A stretch of DNA of 64,000 nt, taken from a virus (taxonomy: Duplodnaviria; Caudoviricetes). How positions within the stretch are numbered: the first letter of the stretch is position 1; each line of letters starts with the position of its first letter. The position numbers and the translations under genes are program-made. The DNA lies in the IMG/VR virus record IMGVR_UViG_3300024283_000001, positions 1,554-65,553 of that record; one strand, given 5' to 3'. The notes below the pieces were generated by a model, which did no database searches, was not told where the DNA came from, and saw nothing but the letters and a program-made list of their open reading frames with translations. Positions 26,717 through 35,507 of this stretch are shown here, piece by piece.

Positions 26717-27271
26717 CTAATCCTTCGGGCGAGGATCAATCGGAGGCGCCGTACCGTTCCCACCAGCCACAACGGCACGCGCCGGCGTCACGTTTATCAC
26801 GCTGCGGTCGGGCCGCGGCACATCGATCAGGATCACCTTCATCCCGCTCGCGGCCTTCTCTTCCTCGACCTGGTTCACTTTGCCTTCCACGCGGTTGAAG
26901 ATTTCCTGCACCAGTGTGTCGCTCTTCGTGATCGCGCGCTTCACGGCAGCCTCAATCAAAACCTTCAAATAGGTGCGCTTTTCCGGGTCATTCGGTACTT
27001 TGCCGTTCAGGAATTCTTCGAGCGGGTCGCTAATCTTGCGCGGTCGCCCGGTCGGATTTCCGCTTTGACCCGGCTTCCACTGGTTCGCCAGGAACTCCGG
27101 GTGGAACTTCCCCGTGGGGCCTGTTTTCTCGCTTGTTACCACGGGCGGCGCTGTTTTTGGCCCTGTCGTAGCTTGAGCGGGGCTTTCCGGGGCGCCCTTG
27201 GGGTGTGGGACCAGGGGTTTCGGGGTTCGAGGCTTGCGCGGCTTGCGCGGCTTGGAGCGTTTCTTGGGCAT
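26717..27271 (-). CDS. Terminase small subunit-like (DUF5681), 184 aa
   Basis: QWKPGQSGNPTGRP motif. Confidence 0.7.
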   Translation of the reverse strand: MPKKRSKPRKPRKPRTPKPLVPHPKGAPESPAQATTGPKTAPPVVTSEKTGPTGKFHPEFLANQWKPGQSGNPTGRPRKISDPLEEFLNGKVPNDPEKRTYLKVLIEAAVKRAITKSDTLVQEIFNRVEGKVNQVEEEKAASGMKVILIDVPRPDRSVINVTPARAVVAGGNGTAPPIDPRPKD

Positions 27272-28478
27272 GTTTCACCAGTTTAGGGCTGAGGCCCATT
27301 TCCGAAAGTCTTTCGAGAGTTACGGCGACATACTTCGGCTCGATCTCTAGGCCGAAGCAGGTGCGCTGCAGAGAATGGGCTGCGACCATCGTAGTGCCGG
27401 CACCGAGAAAGGGATCGCAAACGAGATCACCAGGCGCCGAAGAGTTCTTTAGCGCGCGAGCGACGAGTTCCAGGGGTTTGATTGTGGGATGTTGCTCCGA
27501 TACGCGCGGCCGCGGGATCTCCCAAACATCGTCGAGGTTGCGGAGTCCGCAAAACGTGCTCTTCCCCTGCTTGTGCCACCCGTACCACAGCGGCTCGTAC
27601 CGTCTGTGATATTTGCTGCGGCCGAGCACGAAAATATCTTTCACCCAAATTACCGTGGCCGACCAGTGGTATCCGTTCGAGCGAAGGCCGCTGTCGAGCG
27701 TGGGCCATTCGCTGGCGCCGAGCACGCAGTACACATCGCCCTTGTTGAACTTCGCCATGTTCTGAGCGAAGGCATCGATGAAGTTCCGAAAATCCTCTGG
27801 CGACATCGAATCGTTCTGCAGCCCTGGGCGTTGCCGGTGCCGCGGGTTGCTATCGAGCCCGATGCCCACGTTCCAGGGAGGGTCCGTGAAGCACATCTCG
27901 GATTTCCGCTCGCCGAAGACTAGCTTCCAATCATCGTACTTCGTGGAATCACCACAGAAAATCGTGTGCCCTGGTGGGATACACCAAAGCTGGCCCGGCG
28001 CCGTTTTCCATTTGACCTTTAGCGCGTCAGCCTCGTCCATCCGCGCGTCGGGTCCCTCGAGCGGTTTCTCTTCGCCAATTAACTTCCGCAGTTCCGCTTC
28101 GCTCCAGAACGCCGGCAGGTTCACGTCGAGAGATTTCAGTATGTCGATATCCCAGTCGAGGCCGACTTCCGCGGAGCGATTGTCTGCGATCGCCAACTCG
28201 CGTGCTTCCTTCGAATTGATATCGAGGTCGGTGCGCTGAACGACGACGAGTTTCGTTCCATCGCTTTGTACGACCTGGATTTCGCGCTCGCCGGCCGCAG
28301 TCACGGTCTTGTTGCCGGCGATGATGTGGCCGTTCCGGTCCGCAAGCACCGACCGGCCGGCGCCATACTTGGCCAGGGATTCGGCCACCATCTTTCGGCC
28401 TCGGTCTGTTCCGCGGTTTGCGTTTGTTCGGTCTGGTTTTAAATCGGAGATCTTCTCAAGCGATTTCTGCTTCTTCAT
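27030..28478 (-). CDS. ParB-like domain plus N6/N4 DNA methyltransferase (beta class), 482 aa
   Basis: IIAGNKT (ParB-like), TDPPW motif IV, HPTIKP, DPFLGAGTT motif I. Confidence 0.85.
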   Translation of the reverse strand: MKKQKSLEKISDLKPDRTNANRGTDRGRKMVAESLAKYGAGRSVLADRNGHIIAGNKTVTAAGEREIQVVQSDGTKLVVVQRTDLDINSKEARELAIADNRSAEVGLDWDIDILKSLDVNLPAFWSEAELRKLIGEEKPLEGPDARMDEADALKVKWKTAPGQLWCIPPGHTIFCGDSTKYDDWKLVFGERKSEMCFTDPPWNVGIGLDSNPRHRQRPGLQNDSMSPEDFRNFIDAFAQNMAKFNKGDVYCVLGASEWPTLDSGLRSNGYHWSATVIWVKDIFVLGRSKYHRRYEPLWYGWHKQGKSTFCGLRNLDDVWEIPRPRVSEQHPTIKPLELVARALKNSSAPGDLVCDPFLGAGTTMVAAHSLQRTCFGLEIEPKYVAVTLERLSEMGLSPKLVKHAQETLQAAQAAQASNPETPGPTPQGRPGKPRSSYDRAKNSAARGNKRENRPHGEVPPGVPGEPVEAGSKRKSDRATAQD

Positions 28479-28669
28479 ATTCCCCCGATGTTGCGCTGGC
28501 TAACTTACCACGGATCAGAAGATCCTCGTTGAAAACAACGAGTAGAGCGTACCCCAAAGTTTCTCGACGCGCTCAACCGTTTTCTTTTGCAGTTCCCGAC
28601 AGTGGTAGCAAAGGAAACAATCCAGTTTGCCGCAACCGATGCAGCGCTGCTGCGTGGCGAAGCTTCCCT

Positions 28670-29200
28670 TCATGCGAACTCCAATCCTTTTTGCTTCAGG
28701 CGGCGGAGGGCCATCTTGATGTATTCCTCGTTAAGTTCGATCCCGATAGCTTTACAGGCATTTGCTTCAGCGACCATCGCCGTTGTTCCAGAGCCGAGGA
28801 AAGGATCGAGCACCGTCCCTCCTGCAGGGCAGCCGGCAAGGATGCACGTCTTAATAAGTTCTCCTGGGAACGTGGCGAAGTGCCACACCGGCCGGAAGGA
28901 TAGCGTCTCTGTCCGCGCGAACACGAGCAGCAGACCGTTATCGTGCAGCGCCAGGCGTCGCGCCCACTTCTCGACCTCTGGCCCATAAGGTGGATTGCAG
29001 AACACGCAGCCTTCCCAGGGCAGCAGAAGGCCGTTCTGTTCCGGCAGCTTGTACATCGTGAAGGCCGTGGACCAGGGCTGTTTCTCATAGGCGCATGGGT
29101 CCAAATCAAAAGGGCCGGCTGCTTGGATTAGTTCGGGTGGAGTAAGCCAGTGATCGGTGAGATTTTCGCCAGAAACTTCGTAGGCAAAGGCTTCAGCCAT
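28670..29200 (-). CDS. Chimeric DNA adenine methyltransferase (phage Dam N-half plus beta-class C-half), 176 aa
   Basis: W.TP, FDLDPCA, NPPY, FARTET, then HFATFP...DPFLGSGTT...GIELN. Confidence 0.8.
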   Translation of the reverse strand: MAEAFAYEVSGENLTDHWLTPPELIQAAGPFDLDPCAYEKQPWSTAFTMYKLPEQNGLLLPWEGCVFCNPPYGPEVEKWARRLALHDNGLLLVFARTETLSFRPVWHFATFPGELIKTCILAGCPAGGTVLDPFLGSGTTAMVAEANACKAIGIELNEEYIKMALRRLKQKGLEFA

Positions 29201-29396
29201 TTCGTTTTGCTTTCCGTTTCCGCGATCGTTTGATAATCACGATGCGCTCGAGCCCCAGGTATTTCAGAAATTCTTTCGAAGGCGTGCGTTCATCATTCAG
29301 GTAGTTATAGATGGTCTGCCGCGCAACGTTCAGGGCTGAAGCCACAGCCCGGGCTCCACCGCGTTTGTTAACTTCCCTTGCAATAGTAACCGGCAT
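29193..29396 (-). CDS. Cro-like HTH protein, 67 aa
   Basis: AVASALNVARQTIYNYLNDER.PS; divergent from early operon. Confidence 0.75.
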   Translation of the reverse strand: MPVTIAREVNKRGGARAVASALNVARQTIYNYLNDERTPSKEFLKYLGLERIVIIKRSRKRKAKRNG

Positions 29397-29403
29397 GTCC
29401 CGA

Positions 29404-29470
29404 AGGGTACTACTGAGGGCACAAGCCTGTCAACACTATGGTTGACAACGTTCGCCTTTGGAGCGAAAGT
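29404..29470. promoter_or_regulatory. Divergent promoter region with palindromic back-to-back -35 boxes
   Basis: TGTCAAC-ACTATG-GTTGACA (29428-29447); leftward TTGACA-N18-TACCCT; rightward -10 weak (GAAAGT at N17). Confidence 0.6.
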
Positions 29471-29529
29471 AGGGATAGTAGGACGGGCACGGTGGCCAGC
29501 CAAGGCACAGTAGCCCACGGAGCATACCG

Positions 29530-30621
29530 ATGGAAATCTTCAAAGCAAACCAGCAGTGGGCATCACGGCCAGCCGACGAACGCTTCCCTTCCCTAGACGC
29601 ACTTTACAAAGCGACGAAAGCCTACGCATCCACCGCCGTCGAGGCGCACGTAGACTTTTCCACGCTGCGCGCCGAAGCCAAGGATGGCGAAGTGGTCCTG
29701 GTAGGGAAGGAAAACCAACCGGCGAAGCTAACGAACTGGTCTTTCGGCCAGCTTGCGGCTCGCGCCGGCGCCCCCGCAAACTACCTTTCCACGCTGCCGG
29801 CAACCCTGGCCGTACAGAATCTCAATCACGGGCTGAAGGCGCGCGCCACGGAAGGCCAAGGGGCAGACGGCGCGAACCTGCTTCTTCATCGCAACGGCGG
29901 GATGCTTTGCCGGGCGATCACCACGCAGCAGTACGAACGGATCTGGAACTGGGAAGTCGCCGAGCGGCTCTTGGAACTAGAATCCCAGGGATGGGAGCCG
30001 GCGCGGCCCGATTTCAATCTGCGCGGCGATGACTTCCCTTCCTTGTACGCCAGCGACCACGACATGTTCGCATTCATCCGCCTGGGCAACCAGACGGTCC
30101 AGCAACCCACCGACGCCGGCCGCGGCCTTCCCCCGATGTACAAGGGCCTGATTTACTGGAATGGCGAAGTTGGCGAGCGGAAAATCGGCGCGATGAAGTT
30201 TCTTTACAACAGCATGTGCGGCAACCACATCATTTGGGGCGCCAGCGAGGTGGTTGAGTTTTCCGCGCGGCACGTCGGGAACGTAGCGAACAAACTCCGC
30301 GACTTCGAAATCGAAATCAAGAAGTACGCGAATGAATCCACCAGCGACGTCGAGGCGATGATCACCAAGGCCCACCGCCAGGTGATCGCCTCCACGAAGG
30401 AAGAAGTTCTCGACTTCCTTTTCGGGAAGCGCACGGTTGGCCTCACGCGCAAGACCCTCGAGGCTGCCTACGACGCGGTTATCCCCGAACAGGACGGCGA
30501 TCCCAAGACGGTGTGGGGCATGGTCCAGGGCCTCACGCGCCATAGCCAAACGGTGCCTTACGCGGACAAACGCCAGGACCTCGACAAGGCCAGCGCGCGA
30601 ATCATGCGAATCGCCTTCTAG
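29530..30621 (+). CDS. DUF932-family protein, 363 aa
   Basis: W.SRP.DERF.SL...; LTNWSFGQLA; LYASDHDMF; C.NH; WG.VQGLT...Q. Confidence 0.75.
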   Translation: MEIFKANQQWASRPADERFPSLDALYKATKAYASTAVEAHVDFSTLRAEAKDGEVVLVGKENQPAKLTNWSFGQLAARAGAPANYLSTLPATLAVQNLNHGLKARATEGQGADGANLLLHRNGGMLCRAITTQQYERIWNWEVAERLLELESQGWEPARPDFNLRGDDFPSLYASDHDMFAFIRLGNQTVQQPTDAGRGLPPMYKGLIYWNGEVGERKIGAMKFLYNSMCGNHIIWGASEVVEFSARHVGNVANKLRDFEIEIKKYANESTSDVEAMITKAHRQVIASTKEEVLDFLFGKRTVGLTRKTLEAAYDAVIPEQDGDPKTVWGMVQGLTRHSQTVPYADKRQDLDKASARIMRIAF

Positions 30622-30627
30622 CCCGAA

Positions 30628-30667
30628 ACCCGGGGAGTTCCCCCGGGTCGCACCGTTACGCGGTGCC
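30628..30667 (+). terminator. Tandem hairpins after DUF932 gene
   Basis: ACCCGGGG/CCCCGGGT stem and GCACCG/CGGTGC stem. Confidence 0.4.
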
Positions 30668-30819
30668 TGACGATGGGCGTCAGATCCAACAGAAAGGAAA
30701 TTTGTGAGCCACGAAACGCAAATCGAGCTCTCTTGTGTCGAGCAGTACCTGCGCGAAGAAGCAGCACGGCGCGCGGAGCTATTCGCCTGGATGGCCGAAA
30801 TCTTCGAGGAGGCATTCGA

Positions 30820-31023
30820 ATGTACCGCAGGAAATTGCTGTCCGAGAACGACCTGGTGGACCGCGCCGAGGCCCGGAAGTGGCGCAACAGCTATTGGACG
30901 GACGCCTATCGAGCGAAGCGTCGAATCGAAGGCATCTGGATCTCCGTATTCCTTTTGCTCTTCGCTCTTTTCGGTGGCGTGCTCATCGGCGTTTTGATGA
31001 TCGCCAAGTACGGGCGCCCATGA
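30820..31023 (+). CDS. Small membrane protein, 67 aa
   Basis: GAGGAGG SD; C-terminal TM segment. Confidence 0.55.
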   Translation: MYRRKLLSENDLVDRAEARKWRNSYWTDAYRAKRRIEGIWISVFLLLFALFGGVLIGVLMIAKYGRP

Positions 31024-31505
31024 GAAAAAATCCACTAGCCGAAGCAGCCGTTGAGGCTATCGAGCTAAGGAAGTTCGACGAAGACCGCACTTTCGATTTG
31101 CCGGATTTGCCGGTGAAGAAAAAGAAGAAAAACAAGTCGAAGCCAGTCCAGCGATCGCTTGGGCTGCTGCGGGATAACGGTTGGACGGTCACGATCGTTG
31201 AAAAGTACATGAAACACCCCGGCATGCCGTTCGGGAAACGCATTGACGTTTTCGGATTTGGAGACCTGCTTGCCATCCGGCGCCGGATGAAGGGTCGTGA
31301 CGGAAAAACGATTCACCCGGCTGCGATCGCTCTCGTCCAGTGCTGCGCGGACGGGGATTTCGCAAAACACAAAGACAAAATCCTGGCGATTCCAGAGTTC
31401 TACGAATGGAAGGCTTGCGGGGGAACGGTGTTCCTGCAGGGCTGGTCGCTCAAAGGCCCCCGGGGCCAAAAGAAAGACTGGACTATGCGCGAGGAGGAAT
31501 TGTAG
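31020..31505 (+). CDS. PD-(D/E)XK nuclease (resolvase/VRR-NUC-like) with capsid-like N-terminal peptide, 161 aa
   Basis: GWTVTIVEK...DVFGFGDLLAI...LVQC...GW; ATGA overlap with upstream gene. Confidence 0.65.
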   Translation: MRKNPLAEAAVEAIELRKFDEDRTFDLPDLPVKKKKKNKSKPVQRSLGLLRDNGWTVTIVEKYMKHPGMPFGKRIDVFGFGDLLAIRRRMKGRDGKTIHPAAIALVQCCADGDFAKHKDKILAIPEFYEWKACGGTVFLQGWSLKGPRGQKKDWTMREEEL

Positions 31506-31627
31506 TCATGCGCGAACTCAACCTGCGCGGTAGGCAAGTTTTGGCTGCGATGGTCATGGGACCAGTGATCGCAGTGCTGCTGATTAAGTTGATGGTTTGG
31601 TGGTTCAAACTCTAAAGGAGAAAGCGA

Positions 31628-32467
31628 ATGGCGAACGGTGAAATTATCAAAGTGAAAGATGGCACCACGGTCGAGATCATCCAGGCGAAGCCTTTCAACC
31701 TGGCCCTCGCAAAACTTGAGGACCAGGAGGATGCCCTCGAAGCGTTGAAGGCGAAGGCGCAAGCCCTAAAAGTCTTCGACAAGGCCAGCTTCGAAAAAGC
31801 CGATGAATTGCTGAAGCAGACAAAGCGCGAAACGAATGATGCCGAAGAGACGATGGACCCCTTTCGCACGATGCTCAACCGGGCAAAAGATTTCGTTCTA
31901 GTGCGGCAGCGTCGCGTAACGAACGCCGCCGAAATAGTCCGCGGAATACTGAACGCCAAGATGGTGGAGTATTCCCAAAAGGTTGAACGCGAACGCAAGG
32001 CCGAAGAAGAACGCCAGCAAAAACTGAAGCAGGCCCAACTCGAACGCGAGGCCGAAGAGAAACGGCGCGCGGACGCCGAAGCCGCAAAGGCCCTGAAAGA
32101 ACGGCGCGTGAGCGAGATCCGCGAGGACCTCCGCAACGGCAAGATCACCAAGCGACAAGCCGAGAAGTTGCTGCGCGAAGCCGGCGCCGAAGAAGAAGCC
32201 GCAAAGGCTAAGGCAGCCGCCGATGCCGACGACCTGAAGAACAAGGCCCCCGAGATCGCGCAAAAGACCACCGTCAAATCCGAAGTGCCCCGCGGTGGCC
32301 GCACGAATCGGACGTTCAAAGTCGTGCGCCCCCAGGAAGTAAAGCTGAAGTACCTCAAGCCCGACGACGTCGCCATCGGTGAAGTTGTCCGCAATCGCGA
32401 CCTCACGATCGAGCAGGTGATCGCCGAAGTCGGTGGCATCGAAGTTTCCGAAGACAAAAAGTTCTAA
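31628..32467 (+). CDS. Coiled-coil phage protein of recombination module, 279 aa
   Basis: AAGGAG SD; long E/K/A/R helix. Confidence 0.75.
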   Translation: MANGEIIKVKDGTTVEIIQAKPFNLALAKLEDQEDALEALKAKAQALKVFDKASFEKADELLKQTKRETNDAEETMDPFRTMLNRAKDFVLVRQRRVTNAAEIVRGILNAKMVEYSQKVERERKAEEERQQKLKQAQLEREAEEKRRADAEAAKALKERRVSEIREDLRNGKITKRQAEKLLREAGAEEEAAKAKAAADADDLKNKAPEIAQKTTVKSEVPRGGRTNRTFKVVRPQEVKLKYLKPDDVAIGEVVRNRDLTIEQVIAEVGGIEVSEDKKF

Positions 32468-32555
32468 GAGTTTTCGCAGCTTGCGAGTCGCTGCGGAAAA
32501 GCCCGGGAGGACTAGGCGGGGACCAGGACCTCCCGGGAGTCTAAAAGGAGGGTTG

Positions 32556-32798
32556 ATGGAAAGACACGCGAATTTCGATGTGGTGATCGACAGTCCATAC
32601 CGCCTAGTGATTCGGGACCTCGGTCCGTGGCACAAATATCCGACCGTTACGAACGACGCAGAGTGGGTGGTAGAACAACTGGCCGCACGCCTGGATGGTC
32701 GCGTGCTTCTCTATTTTGATTCCGATGGCGACCTGGGCCGGCTCATCGTGAAGGATGGCAAGTTTGCCGCTTTCGCGCCCTGGACAGCCGACCTATGA
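32556..32798 (+). CDS. Conserved phage hypothetical protein, 80 aa
   Basis: AGGAGG SD; IRDLG...TVTNDAE.VV...Y.DSDG. Confidence 0.65.
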   Translation: MERHANFDVVIDSPYRLVIRDLGPWHKYPTVTNDAEWVVEQLAARLDGRVLLYFDSDGDLGRLIVKDGKFAAFAPWTADL

Positions 32799-33109
32799 GG
32801 TTAATAGACCGGCTCCGCAAGGAAGGATTTGAGGTCGTCGCGTTCGATGCGTATCACCACCGGGTGAACGGCGAATTCGATTTCTGGCTGAACGACCACG
32901 GCAACCCATACCAGTGGCACCACCGGCCTTCCGGTCGCCGTGGCGCCGTTCGCCGCGACTGCCTGGTGAAACAAATCAACACTTTCCTAAAAGAAGAATT
33001 GCCCCAGGTTTCGAAGGAAGAATTTGTTCGACGGTTGGTGGAAATCGGATGGTCGGCAAAGGAGGCCGATAAAGAATGGAACGACAGAAACTCAACAGCA
33101 AAATCCTAG
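32795..33109 (+). CDS. Hypothetical protein, 104 aa
   Basis: ATGA overlap. Confidence 0.6.
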   Translation: MRLIDRLRKEGFEVVAFDAYHHRVNGEFDFWLNDHGNPYQWHHRPSGRRGAVRRDCLVKQINTFLKEELPQVSKEEFVRRLVEIGWSAKEADKEWNDRNSTAKS

Positions 33110-33357
33110 CGTCGGTCGGGTACGACCCGATCACGCGAGATCTCGAGGTGGAGTTCCGCGCCCGGAAAGATGAGGACAAAAGGCGGGTGTATAGGTATCA
33201 TGCCGTTCCCGCAGAAAGATACGCAGAAATGATGGCCGCCGAATCCTTCGGTAGCTTCTTTCTGGACCGGATCAAACCCAACTATGACTGCACACGAATC
33301 GAGGAGAAAGATGCAAAAAAAGAAGAAGGCTCACCGACCCCACCGACCGCAGCGTAG
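33076..33357 (+). CDS. KTSC domain protein, 93 aa
   Basis: S..LASVGYD....LEVEF...Y.Y..VP...Y..MMAAES.GSFF...IK. Confidence 0.9.
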   Translation: MERQKLNSKILASVGYDPITRDLEVEFRARKDEDKRRVYRYHAVPAERYAEMMAAESFGSFFLDRIKPNYDCTRIEEKDAKKEEGSPTPPTAA

Positions 33358-34564
33358 GCCGGCACCGAGGCACAGGCCACGGCCGAAGCCGTCGCCGGCA
33401 CCAGTTACCACGGCGATCGTGCGGCATCCCACCCAGGAACGCACGCTTCGGCCGGCAGAGATCGACCTCCTCAAAAAGACGGTGGCTAAGAATTGCACCG
33501 ACGAGGAGTTTTCGCTCTTCATGCTCGTTTGCAAAAAGAAGAAACTCGACCCCTTCACCAAGCAGGTGTACTGCATCAAGTGGCCGCGGCGAGGCCAGCC
33601 CGACGAAATGGTGATCATCGTCGGAATCGGTGGCTATCGTTCGATGGCCGCACGCAGCCACAAGAAAGACTTCGGCGGCACCAGCGAGCCCAAGTGGACC
33701 TTCAACGATAAGGAGCTCGGCGAGAATGGCAAGACGCCGGCGAAGCGGAAGATCCCGGACACAGCGACGGTGGAGGCATTTCGCCGAAGCGGGTCCAAAG
33801 GAGCGGCAACTGTTTTTTGGGAAGAGTTCGCTCCCGTCGATTTGAAGGCTACCCGCTCAGACTTCTGGAATCGAATGCCGAAACACATGCTGGCGAAATG
33901 CGCCGAAGCCCATGCCATCCGCAAAGTCTTTCCAGACCTCTCGGATATTTACAGCGAAGAAGAAATGAGCCAGCGGCTCTCCGATCTCACGCCCGGTGGC
34001 CGGCAGATATCCCACGATGGCGTGGCCCCTTCCGGGAAGGTACTGGATACCGGCTACGGGGCTGCCAAAGCCGCCCAACAGGCCGTCCTGGACGAGAAAC
34101 TGGGCAAAGCAGCCCTAGACCACGGGCATCCCCCGGGCTCCAGGGGCGCCCAACACGCCGAAGCAGCCATACAACGCGCCGAAGAGGCCGATGAGCGCCT
34201 AGCGGCCGCCAGGAACATAACCCCGGGCAAACGTGGGGTCTCCCCGGCCGCGGAACGGCCGAAACCCAAGCCCCCGGAGGCCGGCGCCACCGTCCACATC
34301 GGCACAATTCACCGGGTGGTTCAGGGGATGACCAAAGACCGCCACGTTCCCTACGTTTCAATTCGCCTGAACGGCGTGTGGCACAACTGCTGGTCTAAGA
34401 CGCTGCAGAAGTTCTTCCCGAACGAGGTGGACTTGGTATCCACGGTCGCCGAGCTCTGGATTGACGGGCAGCAAAACATCGTGGGCATCAAGCGCCTGGG
34501 CAACCTGCACTTCGAGGAAGACGGCCGCACGCCGCGCCGGCGCGAGCCAGGCGAGGATGAGTGA
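33311..34564 (+). CDS. RecT/Bet-type single-strand annealing protein with C-terminal extension
   Basis: LF...C...LDPFTKQVY...VGIGGYR..A...FW.RMP..MLAKCAEA.A.RK.FP. Confidence 0.85.
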   Translation: MQKKKKAHRPHRPQRRPAPRHRPRPKPSPAPVTTAIVRHPTQERTLRPAEIDLLKKTVAKNCTDEEFSLFMLVCKKKKLDPFTKQVYCIKWPRRGQPDEMVIIVGIGGYRSMAARSHKKDFGGTSEPKWTFNDKELGENGKTPAKRKIPDTATVEAFRRSGSKGAATVFWEEFAPVDLKATRSDFWNRMPKHMLAKCAEAHAIRKVFPDLSDIYSEEEMSQRLSDLTPGGRQISHDGVAPSGKVLDTGYGAAKAAQQAVLDEKLGKAALDHGHPPGSRGAQHAEAAIQRAEEADERLAAARNITPGKRGVSPAAERPKPKPPEAGATVHIGTIHRVVQGMTKDRHVPYVSIRLNGVWHNCWSKTLQKFFPNEVDLVSTVAELWIDGQQNIVGIKRLGNLHFEEDGRTPRRREPGEDE

Positions 34565-34833
34565 ACGATCTCACCAAAGAGCAGAAGGAATTCTTCAAAA
34601 GCCTCGCCGAACGTCGCAAAGCCAGAGGCATGGTCCGCGGAGTTTTGTCGGTGAAAATGGACAGCACGGCGATCGAGGGATTCCTAGTCCTATGGGATAG
34701 TTGGGTGGCCGCTTTCGGCCTGGAAGATGCCACCGACTATCTCATGGAGGCCATGTGCGAAGAGCACCACCTGCTTCGCCGGCGCCTCGAGTACAAAGTA
34801 GAAGCCAACCGAAGAGGGGAACGTGGACGGTGA
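34561..34833 (+). CDS. Hypothetical protein, 90 aa
   Basis: GAGG SD, overlap coupling. Confidence 0.6.
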   Translation: MNDLTKEQKEFFKSLAERRKARGMVRGVLSVKMDSTAIEGFLVLWDSWVAAFGLEDATDYLMEAMCEEHHLLRRRLEYKVEANRRGERGR

Positions 34834-35219
34834 TCGAGAATCACAAAGACAAAGTGGCCACCAAACTCGCGCGAAAGGCCGGCGAGATTCGTGCCCCAAG
34901 TTGGATTTCCATCGCCGGCCACGTGTATCTCGTAGGCGAGGACCGCGGTGAGCTACGCGAGAAGGTCTATCTGGCCGCGCGGTACATCTGCGCCCTCTGT
35001 AAAAAGTTCTGCCCGGCCTGGGATGGCGATCTAGAGCACATCCGCAGCGGTCGGCCACTCGTGCGCTGCGATTGTTTCGGCCGGCGCCTGGCCGATGGCA
35101 CGATTTGCACGAACGTCCAGTGGGCGCACGGGATGCGTTCGATTCACCCGTGCCACCGGAACAAGCACAACCGCGAGATTGGAGGCCGCCGTGGAACTCA
35201 CGATCGAGAAGCTATCTGA
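34830..35219 (+). CDS. HNH-like endonuclease
   Basis: CALC...LEHIR...NVQW.H...CH..KH. Confidence 0.6.
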   Translation: MIENHKDKVATKLARKAGEIRAPSWISIAGHVYLVGEDRGELREKVYLAARYICALCKKFCPAWDGDLEHIRSGRPLVRCDCFGRRLADGTICTNVQWAHGMRSIHPCHRNKHNREIGGRRGTHDREAI

Positions 35220-35507
35220 CCCCACCGCACGTTTCTTACGCTGGCGCGTGGGCCTGTGGATCCACGTCATCGATCGGCAAACCCGCGACGGCTGGTGGGA
35301 GTGGATCGCGCCGATTCGTGTCCACGATTACCCGCAACTTTTCCCGGATTCGCGGCCTGAGCATTTTCCACAGGAGCGATAGCTCCTTGTGATGATGATT
35401 GTTTTTCTGAGCGGTTTCTTGCTTTCGGAATTATAGATACGGTACCACCATGACTGGTTAACATAGCCTGTTTTCTGTGGATATCCTGTGCGGGGAGTGG
35501 AAAACAA

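Noticed and set aside
30704-30997. 97-aa ORF overlapping the membrane-protein gene
   Set aside because: First 40 codons look plausible but the rest overlaps a better-supported gene in another frame; cannot be resolved by eye
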